Part shown: positions 39,101-54,100 of the stretch, in pieces | Layout of the letters: each line of letters begins with the position of its first letter | Position numbering within the stretch: position 1 is the stretch's first letter | From: Yuukianura sp. NJ FZ-2021 | Lineage: Eukaryota | Length of the DNA: 64,000 nucleotides | Assembly (NCBI GenBank): GCA_046563655.1 | Contig: CM102285.1 | Span: 11,470,001 to 11,534,000, forward strand | Direction: 5' to 3' | The notes under the pieces: generated by a model | Databases searched by the model: none | What the model saw: only the letters and a program-made list of their open reading frames with translations | Told to the model about the DNA's origin: nothing | Made by a program: the position numbers and the translations under genes

Positions 39101-42100
39101 CGTTGATTAGTGAACTCAACTATATTTGATATCCAAGCTTCACCGAATTTCAATTTCTGAATTTGGATTCATCTCTGAGAGCGATCCGGGATTAACGCTT
39201 GCTCTCAAGTTACATATCAGTATTCAAATATTTGATTGTATTTTCATCATTTCATGTCTTCATTAGAATCGTTAATTTCAAGTTTGATGTCACCGGAAGT
39301 CGCTTTGGGGTGAAAAACCGCATTACTAATTGTGCTTTCTTGTTTTGTTCTTCTTTCTGTTTAGATGAGACACGCTTTAAATTTTTTGTTTACCTCGTGC
39401 CGGTCGTGTTTCGGGAGAATATAAATATGAGAAGTTCATTTGCGTCACTTTTTGAGTTGACGAGTAATGTTTGGCATGGTGGTGGTTAGATGATGACAAG
39501 GACATTCATTCACGAGGATTCATGGCGAGTTGCCAGGAGTGAAGGCGAGAATAAAGGAGAAAGCAGGGGAAAGTGTCCTCTGGTCCCATTGTCCGGAAGA
39601 GTCGTCGACCAACCTAACCACTCCAATCTCCTCGCCTTCAGCCCAGCTCAGTCTTCTGGAAGAGACAACTCAAACAAATGAAAATGCGGGAAAAGCAGGA
39701 GCATAAAACTGATGAGCAAAATTAGAATAACTGGATTTAGTAGGCTCCGCTCCTTGCTTTTGGAAGGGAGAACCACATAACGTAGTAGACTCTCAGTCGT
39801 TATTACTCTGGCAGACCAGGAGTTGAGTACTTTCTCTACTTTCACTTATAGGAGCTCAATAACTAATCTAATGAAGCAATTAAAATGGGAGTAAAGAGAC
39901 TGCTCAAATGATTTTCTCTGGTCTGGTCTGGCATTGAGTGGAGTCCTTGGAAAGTTTGGCCATGGGCTGGCTAAGAGTTATTAGCTGAATCGACAGCGTC
40001 CGGAAGTGTCCGTGTGGTTGTAATAGGGAGGTTGGGACTCATCAACCCACAAAGAAACGACCACTCCAGACCGTTACTTTCTCTCTGAATCTAACAAAAA
40101 ACTTTGTGTTTCCGGCATAATGGCAACCCCACTCCTTTCTGCGTAGTCCAACTAAAGTGGTATTGCATTTTCCAAACTCTGTGGAACTTCGTTCAAAGCT
40201 CCACAGAAGTGTACTAGTTTCTCTAAATTGCCAAATTACAATTACGAAAGGAAATTGATCGCTGGAAAGGAAAGCCAATTAAGTAGAGTTAATGAAATAA
40301 AAGTGCTGCAATATGTTGCTTCTGTACTGTTTTGTTCAGGTGATTCCATTAGACTGACTGTTTTTCGTTCTTGTCCTATTTTGACATTTTGAGTGTAAAA
40401 TTCATAACATTGTGTTTGACAAATTTTCGAAAATGAAATGAGAGAATTCTTTCGATTTATCATGGCTCGCCTGCAGAAATTGAATTTCTTTTTTATGATA
40501 AGCCCGTAATTTGACGTGTTGAGGCAATTTTAACCATTTTTTAAACTTAGATTTACATTTGTTAGGAAGATTTCAGTTTGTTAGGTGCTAAGATTCTGAA
40601 GAATCTTAACGGTTTTGTAAACTAAGGAGAAGGGCGAGATTGTTTTCATCCGACTGTTAGAGCATTTACGTGATTCCACTGGTTAAAGCTGTTTAGCCTC
40701 AAGTGGTGCCATAAATTGCGGTAAAAGTGGCTATAGTCCCTTGGGCTCTAAATAATTCCGCACATGGATTTGAGCCTATTCTTCACGGAAAAGTGGAGAG
40801 TTGAACTGTTGTCTTATGATTTCAACGTGAGTGGGATGAATGACTGGAATGGGATATCCACTTGTTGATCTCTGCTGCTTCAGCATACAGAAACAAAGTG
40901 AAAGTAAATCCAGAAACATTCAGTGTCTGCCCAAAGAAAAGTGCAGCAAATGGGCTACACACATGTTTCAGTCAGCTAGCAGCTTTCTTTACTTTCACTG
41001 TTGGTTGAAAATATTCTGCAACGGTTTCACTCCTTTTCATTCTTAGACTTCCTCGTTCCTCTTGAGCGCATTTCGCAAACTGGGTAAAAAATTGCGGGCT
41101 CCTGCTTGTATTTCTACGTGTATTGTGCAGAAATCTCTGCGATGAGTTTCCTAGTTACGTCGTGCGGATTCTACTGAGGTTAGTCCCAGTAGAGTGTAAT
41201 CCCAGATTTGAGGGGGAAATTAGAATCGGGAGGCTTGGAGGGATGCTAATCCGAATCTGAATCTTTATTGTTATTTATGGAGCTATTAAGTGGATGGAGA
41301 GGTGTTAATGCTCAGAGCCTTGTTGGCATAATTAACAAGCAGGGGTTGTTGTTCCCCTAAGGAAACCCTACACCCTCGATTAGATCACTAATGACTGTCG
41401 AAATCAGTCATGAGTGAATGAATTATTGATTCCTCCTTTTTCTTTTCCGCTGTTTTTGAACTTTAGAGTGCTTGAAGTAAACTTAAAGTGAGGTCAGGAT
41501 TTGGAGATTATATATTTGATAGTTGTTCCGGCCCTGCAGGCATTTCGTGTCGTCTACTCGAGGAAGGATTTTCTTGCTTAGAATGAAAATTTTTCAGTCC
41601 AATAACACTTAAAATCCCATTCCGGAATTCAGTTTCTCTCTGTGATTTTGGAGAAAGTGAAATTTGGTGAAAGTTGGAGAGTTGATTCCGACTGTTTTCT
41701 CTCCATCTATGTCGTCTGCTTGAAAACTTATTTTGGGAAGGACTAAAACTAACACAGCTTTCTCCATCTTACAGCCACGAAGGAGCAGTACAGTTTGTGG
41801 CCAAGAGAGGGCGGGAGCGCGGAAAGAGAAAGCTTACGCTTCATTCAGCGATAGCGTTGGCTTCCGTGTTGTCGCTAAATATTTAGGTGGAAACTGTTTA
41901 ATTTTTTGTCATTTTTAATTACAGGACGAAAATGGAATTGAACGACCAATGTACAAGCGAGTTGCAATTGTAGAGCAGTTCTTTGACATTATTTACACTG
42001 TCCATGTTGAGACTGAAGCCAAGAACGGAAAACATGCTGGTCAGAAGAGAACGTATCGAGCTGTAAGTCTCCGTTTCCGTAATTTCTCTATTATGCTAAT

Positions 42101-45100
42101 TCTCCATCTCCCTACCAACTTTACTTTCTCTTTGGCCTGCTTTTATTACTTTGGCCATTAGGAACCCTCCAGTCTCCGTCAGAAGGAGAGTTTTGTTGAT
42201 TTACAACTAGAGAGGACTCACAACCAAACAATTCCCATTAAGATTAACATATTCACATCAAACTAACTTTCTCTTGCATCTTATATTACTGCTGCAACTG
42301 CACTTTCTACTACCAGTAATTTTTTTTAACCTTCATAAAATCCAGCGCAACTACAAAAAATTACATCTCTACCCAACAAATTCATCCTTTAAAAATTATT
42401 CCAGAGCGTACTACAGCGGATTCTCTAAATAAGGGAAAAAATCACGATTGGAGGATTGGTAGTAGACGCCTCCCCCAGTACCGTAAGATTTCTGGTAAAC
42501 GGTCAGTTATATGGAATTTAAGGCTAGGAACACCATTCTAATGAAAATTTCCTGTTTCGAAGTTCAGAGTATATAATTAATATTAATATACATAATATTC
42601 ATATATTAATGCTAATTATATGTGATATCTATATACTAATCAATATTATATGGTATATTATATGCAAATTACGTTGTGAATGTCACCCTTATTAAACAGG
42701 TTATATAATATAATATATTATATACAGTGCGCAGTTGCGCAGGTTGTGCGCTGTTGCGCAGATTTTGCGCTGTTGCGCAGATTTTGCGCTGTTGCGCAGG
42801 TTGTGCGCTGTTGCGCAGAATTTGCGCTGTTGCGCAGATTTTGCGCTGTTGCGCAGGTTGTGCGCTGTTGCGCAGAATTTGCGCTGTTGCGCAGAATTTG
42901 CGCTGTTGCGCAGGTTGTGCGCTGTTGCGCAGAATTTGCGCTGTTGCGCAGAATTTGCGCTGTTGCGCAGGTTGTGCGCTGTTGCGCAGAATTTGCGCTG
43001 TTGCGCAGGTTGTGCGCTGTTGCGCAGGTTGTGCGCTGTTGCGCAGAATTTGCGCTGTTGCGCAAAATTTGCGCTGTTGCGCAGATTTTGCGCTGTTGCG
43101 CAGATTTTGCGCTGTTGCGCAGGTTGTGCGCAGATATATATATATATAATATATATATATTAATATTAGTTAATTCCATTTAATTATCTAATTACTTTTG
43201 TTTCGCACCAAAAAAAAATTAACCAAAAAAAACAATCGTAAAAAATAAGCCGATAAACTGAAACATACGTTCCCTCCAAAATTAAAACTTTACGGTACCG
43301 CGACTTCGAGTGAAAGTGAGAAAGAGGAGGAGCTCCTGTCCCTTATTTAGAGAATCCACTGTATTGTGGAATTTAAAAAAAAAAACGACTACATTCTCAG
43401 CTTCACCTAATTTTCCCTTCTTTTAATCGAAGAATCTTACTTATTTTGAAAAGAAAATGTGTCACTTTATGTTCGACAAAAGGAAATTGACATCGATTTG
43501 GACTGAGTTTTGGAATGTTTTTGTTAGATTACAGAGAAATATGCCTTTTTGCCGCGGGAAGCCGTAACAAAGTTCCTGTTGCAGTGTACAGAGTGCCAAA
43601 AACGCGGAAGTCCCAATGGAGAGGCTCAGCTTCTGTCGACTCTCAATGGAAAGGTTGAAGCGGAAGTTGAGAGCTTGTCAGAGTCTGATAGCAATGTTGG
43701 GGAAATTGGAAATGGAGAATCCCAGCAACAGCCAACAACCGTCTCTCCGCCTCTCTGTAGACAGCTTTCACCGAATCCTGAAGAACAGGAAACAAAGGAG
43801 TACGCAGCAGCCCAACTACCTTCCTACGACATTAATTTCAGTCTTCCCTTCACAACGACCTACTTGAGGCGGCACAAGAAACAAATGAGACTTCAGAATG
43901 GACTCCCACAAGACTTTCTTCCAGATGAGGACGTAAGAAACAACTCTATATATTTCTCCTTCCTTGCTTCTCCTTTCTCGCTTTGTCTTGCCTAATTTTA
44001 TGAATCCCCTTAAAATTATTTCTCTGAAGTAAGAGGAAAACCACTAAGTTGTAATTGCTACAGTGAGGGAGATTTTTTTTTGAAGAGACACCCACTTCTC
44101 AGCCTGTCTCTTTTTTTGTGGTGGCTTGGGCTTGGGGAAAAGTGGATCTCATTTTTGATTTAGGAGACAAAAAGACAGGAAGAAGTTGTGCTTGGCCCAG
44201 GGTTGGGAGTAGACACAAGCGGGTGCTTCATAGATGCTGAACCTACATTTTTTTATTCCTGTCAGGAGAAAGAGAGAGCATCGGTAGTAAGTTGGTGAAT
44301 TAATCTTTGATAAGCTTCTCTCCTGCATTATGTTCAGGACTGAGTGAGATGCGGTGGTGGAAAGAGCGGGTGAGAGGAAGGAGGCGGATTAATCTAGACT
44401 TCCCGGGAGAAAGTCGGTCAGTGAAAGTGACAGTTGAGGACTTTGCCTCCTCTACGATAGTAATGATAGGGAGGGGCAGAGTGGCAGGGGCGCGGTGGTA
44501 GTCCAGGCAGAAACCCGAGACTCATCGCAAACCCCCACCCCCGCCCCCTCCTCTCCCTTCGATCCGACCATGGCGGTGGTGGTGGTGGGGGTGGGGTGGA
44601 GGCGTAATGGGAAACTGCTAAATGACATTGCCCCAGGAAACCTAGCGACGGGAGAAAAGTGGTGGCGGACATGGCAAAAGCCTCAAAGACAAAAAAAAAA
44701 CACTTTCAATGAAAATGGACTTTTTCTTTCCCAAAAAAGTTGGAAGTCGTCGTGAGAGGAACAAGATTGATTTTGGACTTTCGCTTTGCCGCAAATGCTT
44801 TCTAATCTGTAGACTAATGGTAGTTTAAAAACCTCACTTTTTTGTTCATTACTTTCACCGCTGAAACAGACGCAGTGGGAATTCGAATCAAAGATTTAGT
44901 CACTTAAAACTTGAAAAGCCTTCACACGGGAAAAACTTTCTCTGGGTTACTGGAGGGTGGTTGGCCTTGGACTTTAGTTGGAAAATATTCTTTCTACCAA
45001 AATTCTAAGACGCAAATGCCAGTTCAAGCCGTTTGGCAATTGTTTGACGTTTGGTTTTGGGCGAATGATGATTGATCAGGACTTAAGTCTGAAGAAGCGT

Positions 45101-48100
45101 CTAGAGATCTCATCTTTCTTGGTCCTTTTGATTTATTGGAGGAGGATGAAAGAAGTAGAGTCGATTGGAAAGGAAGTACGGGAGGTTGAAGGGAGAGTCA
45201 TTACTGGGCTTCAGCTCTTCCCGTCTCCAATTTTTCCTTGGAGCAGAGGAAGTTACGACTCTCAGAGAAAATAAGGCTGGAATTGGAGGGTAGATCCACT
45301 AGTAACTTAGGAGAATGAAATGAAAGAGGAAGCGGGAGTGTGCGGGTAGTAGATACAGGAGTGGGTAGTCCACCAGAGGCTTTCCAGGACTTCGTTCCCA
45401 TCGTAACCTCCACTTCGGCAGCTGGCATCAGCCTCTCTTCCGCTTGGTCCATGTGCTCCACTAATAAATTCTAGGGAAAGCTGACAATCATTCCCTGGGT
45501 TCTAAAGGTTCTCTTTCTCCCAGGATTTCATGAAATGACTCAAAGGAACGGCTCTAGGGCTCTGTTGGTCAAAATGTTATGCACCCTCTGCCAGGAATTC
45601 TCTCGCATCAAAGGAAACCTATCCCTATGGAGCCAGAAAACAGCAGCAGCAGAGACTCAGACCCTTTGCTCAATAAAATTAAACCCTTTGGAAGAGGGGA
45701 TGCAGTTGAGCCAAGATGTATTTCATTACTTGCTGGACTTACAGTGGGAGTTTGCTCTGTGGAGTTTCCTTTGGCTTCATGTGACTTCGTGGCTTGGTTG
45801 ACAAATTCCAAATGTTTATATTTATGAGAAGCGCAGGAGGACTTTCTGGAGGGATAATCTGCTTTTGTTGAAGACTTTGAGCAAGGAGTAGAAGTAGGGT
45901 TATATTTCATTAGATGGAATTGGAGAAAGGTGGCTTCTAACTATAGTACATCCGTTGACAAATTATAAGGCGACAGAGAGAAAGTGGAGAAAGGAGGAAA
46001 CTGTCATGAGGCTTTGGAGTGACGCTAGGACTCGGCAGTGACAGGGAGTGGTTCTTGTTCTCTCTTCATTCTGCCTTGGCTTGATTCAAATGTAGGTAGT
46101 ATGAGTCACGTTTCCATGGTTTTCGTGTTATAGAAAGTGGGCAGCTCATGCTTGGACACTGGCGACAATCTCTTAAATGGAGAAAGGTTTATGAGTATTC
46201 TGATTTTCTAGGTTAGAGTTTAAAATTCTGTTTAACTTTTTTTAAAAAAGAAACTTTTTTTTTTGGTTAACATAAGTCAATCACACTTAGGAAAAGCTTG
46301 CGGAGATGTTCAACTAGAACTGCATTGCTCATGCTGTACCTCCATCGAGGCGAAGAAAAAGAAAGAGGTCATTTGGCAAACCGAACTCGGAGAATAAAGT
46401 TAAAGAAAGTGGAAAAGTTTTTGTCTCCGGAAGCCAAACTTGACCGCAGAGAGGGCAAAGGGAGGGGGAAGATGAGCCTCTCTTCCAGTAGTGTTGTTCT
46501 TGATGCCCCTACTTTCTCCTTGGTTTTCCAAAACTTTCTCCCGCCATTCCACTCTCCTCTGCAACCAATACATCTTTTATATCCTCTGTTCTCCATCTGG
46601 TTCCATTCTACCAGAGAAGAACCATTCCAGACCAAAAGGCCTGGAGAGGAAAATGGACAAAGGGACCTCTGATCACTTCCTTCTCTGTGATTGATCGATT
46701 TCTTTTCCAGACGCTGCTTCTGTTCTGGAGGACTGTACATTTTATCCATTCTATTGTGGGTTTTCAAAAACAAAAAAAAATGGAATCAGAAATGCTCAGG
46801 CATAGTGTAGGGATGTTTCTTTTACACACTTCACTCAAACTTACTATTAAAAATGTGGGTTAAAATTTGAAGAAAACTCAGCAGGATTTCATTTGTGGTT
46901 GATTTGGGTTTTTGTGTTTTGTGAAGGTAATGCAGAAAGGAAATTTCTGGAAAGTAATAATTAGAAGGAAAAGTTTGTTTACTTTATGGCGATAAGTCTT
47001 TTTTGACTACTTTCTTTTCGGTAGTAAGCAGCTGGAACCTGTAGCTTAATACTTTCTGAGAGTAGTTCACTACCACAAGAGATCCGCTTTCACCCTTTCA
47101 GAATCTCGGCTCTAACAATAAGAAACCCATAAGGGCCGTTTCCCATGCTCTCAAATTTCACATCCTACGCTGTTGAAGTTGGTTAGGGTAGAGCACTGGA
47201 CAGGATTCTGTGGAAACTTGAAAAATAATTGTCAGCACGCGCCCTTCTCGGTTTGAAGCAATCAGTCACTCTGCCTTCTGCTGTACCGGACGTTTCCGCC
47301 TCCATTTCAGTGCTTTAGTTATCGTTCAATACTCTCTCCATATGACACTTCAGTTTTCCCTGTTCCTCACCCTATGTTGTATGTCAAGTTGGAAAAAAAC
47401 AATGAAAGGATGGATGCAATGCGGGTAGGGGAAAGTTTGTGTTTTTCTTGGTGTCTGAAATGGTTTTGTGATAACCAAGATTAGGGCCAACTCTAATTCG
47501 AAGCTGGTGAAAGTTTTCTCGCTTTCTTTCGTTTTCCTGTTAGATTGGTAATTTCATGTTTTTTCATGTAAAATTTTCTCTAGTGTTTGGAGTTTATTTA
47601 TTTTCAAAAAACTGCACAGCCTACAGTTCAAGCTAGTAAAAAAAAATCAAAAGTTAGGAATGAGTTACATTACTTTCAAAAATTTTATGGACACAATGGA
47701 GCGATGTTTTTGGAATTTTGGTCGTGCGGAAGGCGTCGATAGTTCCTCTCTGTGAATACAAACGAGGGAGGTTGGAGTTGTGGCTTTATTTTTATGTTGA
47801 TGTTCTATGCGAAGAGGGTTTCGAAAATCCCAAAGTTGGACTGAAGGAAGAGAGTAGGAAGTCGTGTCAGGTCGGCTTGAACTCTTGAAGATAGAAATGA
47901 ATTGAGGACTGAGGGGTTTCCACTTTAAGGCTCTTAGGCTGAAGTAAGGCGTAGGACGACAGGACGAACAATCTTTGTCTCTGCATTCTTTTCAAATATG
48001 TGTTCCTCCAAGAGAGCCCCACTTCAACCTCCACCTCACCTTTCCTTTCTGGTGTTGTTTGTGGTGGATTGTGATCCTGAGATTAACCGAGTCATCTTCC

Positions 48101-51100
48101 TTCCACCTCCACCTTATTATTCAACCACACAAGGAGAGGCTTTGCAGGATGACAACTCATCCACCACTTCAATCAGTTCAAATACCACCACCTTAAACTT
48201 CTAACTTCAAGACTAAGATCAAATATCAAAATCAGGGATACAAAAGTTAGGTTCAGTATCCTGCTGAGACTTCCGCTCAATTCTAACTTTTCATTCAACT
48301 TTTTGTCTAGTAGCATTTTCATCATTTCGTTTCTGAAAAACCGGAAAGTTAATGTTGTTAGATTCACGTATTTTTTATGTTGAAAGGTAAAGTTGAAGTA
48401 TTTAATGAATTGGCAAAAAGAAAGATGGTATGTCTTGCCCTGAAAAGGCTTAGTTCTGTTTGTTTCTGGCAGTTGAGCATTGGAAGTCTTGAAAAGAGGC
48501 TGGAGAAAGTTGACAATTGAGTTGGCAGGCACATTACACAACCGGCAGAATTGGAAACCTGTTGCTTTCTCTTTCCTATGCGCTCAACTTTACGAACCTA
48601 AAAAACACTTTCATTCACTAGATTCTAAAAGGCATCTCAGTCTTCGTTCTTTACAAGCCGGAATAAGTCTAGTGAAAAGGAGGAAGCCCAGGAAGGAAAA
48701 AGTGAGAGGGGGACCTCTATTAAGCCAGCTTCACAACAAAAATATAATTAAAAGCCTAAAATGGATATTGGAAATGTATTTAAATGGCAACGCATTTGGA
48801 AGACTTTCACAGATTTTGTTTTTGTGTAAATTTCTTCATAATACATTCCTGCAGAATGCAAAATTCTCAACAGAGTGAAAAGTCAATTTTGAATTATTTG
48901 TTAGTGGAAAGTGTAGGGAGTCTCTTAAACAGAAAGTAAAGTGTATTGGTTTTAGTTTAATTGTATAAATTTTGTGAAGGAAATCCCCATCCCCATCTGC
49001 TCACTTAAAGTACCTCTGCTCATTTCGAAACCATTTCCATTTGGCCTTAGTTTTTTATTCAGGTAGAAGTTAGGCAACAGAGACCACTTTGTCTCCAAGG
49101 GGTAAACACAAGTGTCAATCGAGAGTGTTGGCTAGGGGGCTATTAAGACGGAATGGGTATACAACGGAGGACTTCTACCCACTACCACTTCAAGTACTCA
49201 GTGCCCACCAGCGTCACTCCATTTTGAATCCTGCTCAAACTCTGCCCTCGTAGTCATTGACGATAACTGGGAACAGGGAAGGAGTCCTTGGTATTTTGGA
49301 AGCTTTCCATATTCTCTAACATGTTCTACTGGCTCCCGAGTCCAAGTGGTTTTGTAACTATGGATTTGACCTCCCCTAGTTTTGTTCCTGTGGAGGTTCA
49401 CCCATGGAGCGAGTGAAAGGAAATGCAATTTCCTTTTACTCGTTGACTCGCAAGCACGACACAGACTTTCCTTGAATTCAAAGGGTTAGTTGTTCAGAGC
49501 ATCACATCACAAATAACGGCTAGGTCGTTTCCTCCAAGGAATTATTGAGGGTGGGGTCTTTTGAATTTTGTGGATCCTGGATTTTGTGCTCTTGTCCTGT
49601 CTTCTAAGGCCTCCGCCTTTAGTTTCAGCGGAAAGTCAGTCTTCCGACACGCCTGTCTGCCTCTTCACATTAGTCTCCATGCACTGCCAAGGGAAGTAGA
49701 GGATTTTGAGTGGTGGGGCTGGTGGGGCTGTTGTGGAACAGAGATGCCGCCGATGGATCATAAGATGAAGATTCCCTGAGTCTTCTGTGGTCCTACCCTT
49801 CTCTGCCTCCACGAGCCAAATTCAGAGCGTTCTCTCATCATCCCACTTTGCCTTCCGTTGTGGCTTAAGAGCCAAAGCACTGTAATAAAGTCTTGCTTCA
49901 CTAACATCCTTCGGAGTGACTCCTCTGTTACTGCAAGGCTTTGATAGACAGAAGGAAAAGGCTAGGCTAGTCACGACCAAAACTTAGGTTCCACGGCCCT
50001 TGTTCCCTCCAGATCGATAGACAGTGTCTGCAAAGTCCAAGCCAACTGCTCAGCCTTCCACTTTTGTTTCCTAGTCGTTGAGGACGGCGACCACCTTTCC
50101 ATTTATAATGCTCTTCTGGTTCCTTCCCTGTGGTTACGAGCTGTACAGCCTAACCTAACCGTGATACTGCTGGGGCGTGGGAGTTCCACTTCCAAGTGCT
50201 TTCTCCTCGTGTACAAATACCCCTCCAAATGCCATTTCTGTGATATACCAAAGGGAAATAAATGGAACCATCAGGCTCAGACGTCGAGTACTCAATTGAA
50301 ATTCTAGGATTTGGGAAGATGATAAAAAGAAGCCGTTGGAATCGGAATCGGACTCAGGCAGCTTTCACTTCTCTGAATCAAATCTCTCTTTTGATTTGGA
50401 ACTCTTTAAATCAAAAACTTTTGGATACTTCCAGGATGAGTGGCTGTATTTCTGTAGAGGAAAGCGACGTATGATCCTGAAAATAAATTTGATGGTGAAC
50501 CACCATGAGCCATGGGCAGGACCGAATTCTGGCCATCATCATTTCCTAAATGGTCTCCCTCGAGTCACTGCTCAATTCACCAACCACCACTCTCCAAACT
50601 ATCATCATCATTATCGTCTCTTATAGCAGGAGAAACTGTGTTGTTTTCCAAAGCACCTCTGCATCTGGAACTTACATAGAAATGGAATAGGAGAGTTAAA
50701 AGCATCAGCATCTCAGTAGATTTGAAAACTGAAAATGGCAACAGATCTCATCTTTCCGCTCTCATGGGCCAAGGAGGATAGCTTAGGCGAGTATAGAAAA
50801 ATTCTCATGTGAGAATGACTTTGGACTTCTTTCGGATGCAGTACCTGCTCGAAGCTGGTTCCCAAATGCAAGAACCCAGTTCTCCCTCATTTTTTTTCTA
50901 AGTCCCATTGTTTTCGAAAAAGGATTTGCATTTTGACTGGTAAATGAGCTCTTGGTTGTAAGTGCGTGTGCTCTTTGGCAAAGTTGTTGGGAGTCACCAT
51001 CATATTTTCTCGAGGCAAAGCGGTCGGACCACCTTCTTGCATTTTCAAGGCAAAGCAACTTAACTTGTCGTGTCAAAGGAACTGAAAGGCTGATATGAAT

Positions 51101-54100
51101 AATCTACAACTACAGTGCTGGGCTAGGTTCCTCAGAAGACCCATTAGCAGTGGAGTTCCCAGAAAATGGGCTCAGATCTTACAAGTAAAGTGGGATTTGG
51201 CTTAGGATATTTCTTTTCTTCACTTTTTTTTCAAAATGCGGCTGGCCCGACTTGTATGTGATTTTATAAAGGACATGGAGTGAAGGAAAACGCTGAGTCT
51301 TGTAATACTTTGCACAGGTAGTCATTCGTACCTAGGCAATTAACGTTACCCACTTCAACCCCTCTAATGACCACTCTTCCAGAGAGTAGGAGCGGTTTCA
51401 CCCCGCCCTGGTCTCTGGATCAATCGGCTTGAGATGAGTTCTTTCATTCCAATTAGCCTAACCTTATTAAACAAAATTAGTAGCACGAAACGACAGATAC
51501 AAGGAAAAAATTGAATTCTCACACATAAGATATTTTGATTCAAAGATTTTAAAAATATCCGAAATCCGCAAGGAATTAAGAAATTGTCAATTCAATTAAG
51601 ACTTTTCGTGGAATAATCTTTATGGAATGTGCGAAAATGCACATTTGATGCTTTGATTATTAGGCCCACATCCTTTGCTTTCTTTTTCCCTCTTATGTAA
51701 TCTCCCTTTGAATGAAGTAGGTTTCCCTTGTTTGAAATATGGATTGGTGATGGTGGGGTTAGAGCAGAAGGGAATCGGAGTGGTGGGAGTGTGCGAGAAC
51801 CCACATAATATCCGGGTAGAAAATTGGAGTCTGAGGACTGGTGTGTGGTTGGCACAAGATAATAATAGGAAGAAAGTTCCTCTCATGGTTGCAGATACGA
51901 CGGAGCATAGATGGATGGCTCACAGTTTTTTTTTGTAGAAAAAGGAACTCAGCGAAGAGCGTCGCAAACGGAATTAATGGAGAAAGTAGGAGTAGAGAAA
52001 GAATTCGCATGGGGGTTCCTTCCTCCCTCTCTCGCTAGCCTAACCTTTCACTTACTCAGCACCACTCCAATGAAGGATCCTCGCCCTTGCTGGGGTCAAA
52101 TAGAATCCCTTTTGGAAATGCTTCCAAAGGTTTCCTTAGTGACGAAAGGGAATTATCGTCATGGTCAAAAGTTGTTCACCCCTGGAGGAGTAGTGGGTAG
52201 ACCTAAAAATTCATGGTCATTCCACGTGCGGGTAGACTTGACTTGACTACTTCTACTGGACGTGGACGTCTGTGGCCCTAAGTTCTAGGGCTGCTGTTGA
52301 GCTCTTGTGGAGTCTCGAGGCGGAGATGAGGTTGGATTATGTCGAGAGAGTCTCTGAGAGCCATTCCGCCCGCTTCCTTGCTCATCGCTCCCACAGTCAG
52401 CTTCCCAGAGCACATTTTAGGAGTGGTCCTAGTCTAGTGCCAGCGAGCAGAGGATTCGAAAGAAAAAAGATCTTGAGAAGTCCTTTTGTGTGCATGTGCC
52501 CATGTTCCCCTTTGAATGCCACACTGGCCTTAGGTTTAGCTTCCTTTTCCCCTACTTGGAAACTCGTACCCCTCCTTTCCATCTGATGAAAACGAATGGT
52601 CTCCCTCCCGCTCCTAATACTCTCCATCAGCCTCTCTACCAGGCGACACGTACCTCCTGGTCTCTCTCCTAAGGGTAGCCAACCTAACCCTTATTTCACA
52701 AAGCCAGTTCAAACAAAAGTCGAAGGGACCTCAATTTGAACAAAGTTTTTCACATTTGGTTCCAATTGCATAGGAGGGGAGGAAGAGCTGTCAGAGTGAA
52801 AGTTACGTAAACTAAAAGCGAGTGTCAGTGGACTGAGAGACGAGTGGTGAAAGTCAGCACACAGGTGGAAATAGAGAAAGTCATTAGGGAAAACAGTTGT
52901 AATTAGAGTCTAATGAAGTGTATTTTTAGTGAATTGCTTTCACTGGAATTAGATATTGAAACAAAGGAAACCTCTTAGGATGACTGAAAAGAACAACATT
53001 CGAGCTATTTTTGTTTGCGCAAGGCAAATCTGAGAACCCGCCAATTCTTCTCAACGCCAAAGACTTTTTCAACATCAGATTTTTCTCGCTTGGTAAAACT
53101 CCTGTTGTAGGAGAGTTGATCTTCAAACTGAAGTCTGTAAATCAAAAGAAGAGTTTGCTGCTCGAGCCGTCAGATCTCTCCGTCTCGAGCAGAGGAATGG
53201 TAAAGATGTCACACTCCTCCAGGAAGAGATCGGTTCCATCCAAAGTCAAGGTGAAAGTACGTAAACAACAGGATTTTATTTTTTAATAATTATGGTTTAT
53301 CATAGCGGAGCATGGATTTTCTAAAAACGTCCAACTTGGTTTAAATTATGCAATTTCACATTCTTTTTTGCTTTCACTTTCTTTTTTTTTCTGAATTTTT
53401 TCCACAATGAGTTTAGTTGAGAGATGAAATCCGAAGGGGAGCGTTAGAACTTCCATACCAACTTTCTCTTAAGGTTGGGCGCGTGAAATTTTCTTTCTCC
53501 AAGTGTCGGGCACGTAATCATCATAATTCTTTATGTGATCTCTTCTCTTTCCCTCGCACACAACTTAGACGAAAAGAGTTTGAAGTAAAGTGATTCGGAG
53601 TCACCATGATCATTGTTTGCCCTTCCAACTACTCTTTCTTTCTCAATTTAAATTTTTGGACAAGGTCATTCTTAGATTCAATTTGCAAAAACGAGTGCTT
53701 GTGGGTAGAATGACTGGACAGAACGGAGTCACTCCTTATGGCAAAAATCCCAAACCCTTTAAGCCATAGTTTTTTCCCAAGTGGCGATGACAGATAAGAT
53801 CTGAAGGAGCTCTGTACCATGTATGTGTGTGGCAAAAGAAGATGATGAGGGTTAAGCAAGTGGTACTCTCCATAGACCCACTTCACCTTCATCCTCTCCT
53901 TTGTGTACAGTACTACCTCAGTCCTTGGAAGCGTTCTATTGTTTTCATTTTTTGTGTGTCTCCCTTCTCTTTGCCTCTTGTTTTCTAACCACAGCCCAGA
54001 TTTCTTAGTCAAGAAATAACTCGCTTGGGGAAGAGATCATTGACGAACTAGTACTTTAGGCAGGAAAGGCCTTAAGTGTGTTGGCTTCTCGGACATGGAC

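Noticed and set aside
42680..43183. Four overlapping Cys/Arg/Ala-rich repetitive ORFs, and a superficial CRISPR-like appearance
   Set aside because: They are translations of a stop-free 19-bp minisatellite inside a MITE. There are no unique spacers and the context is a eukaryotic intron.
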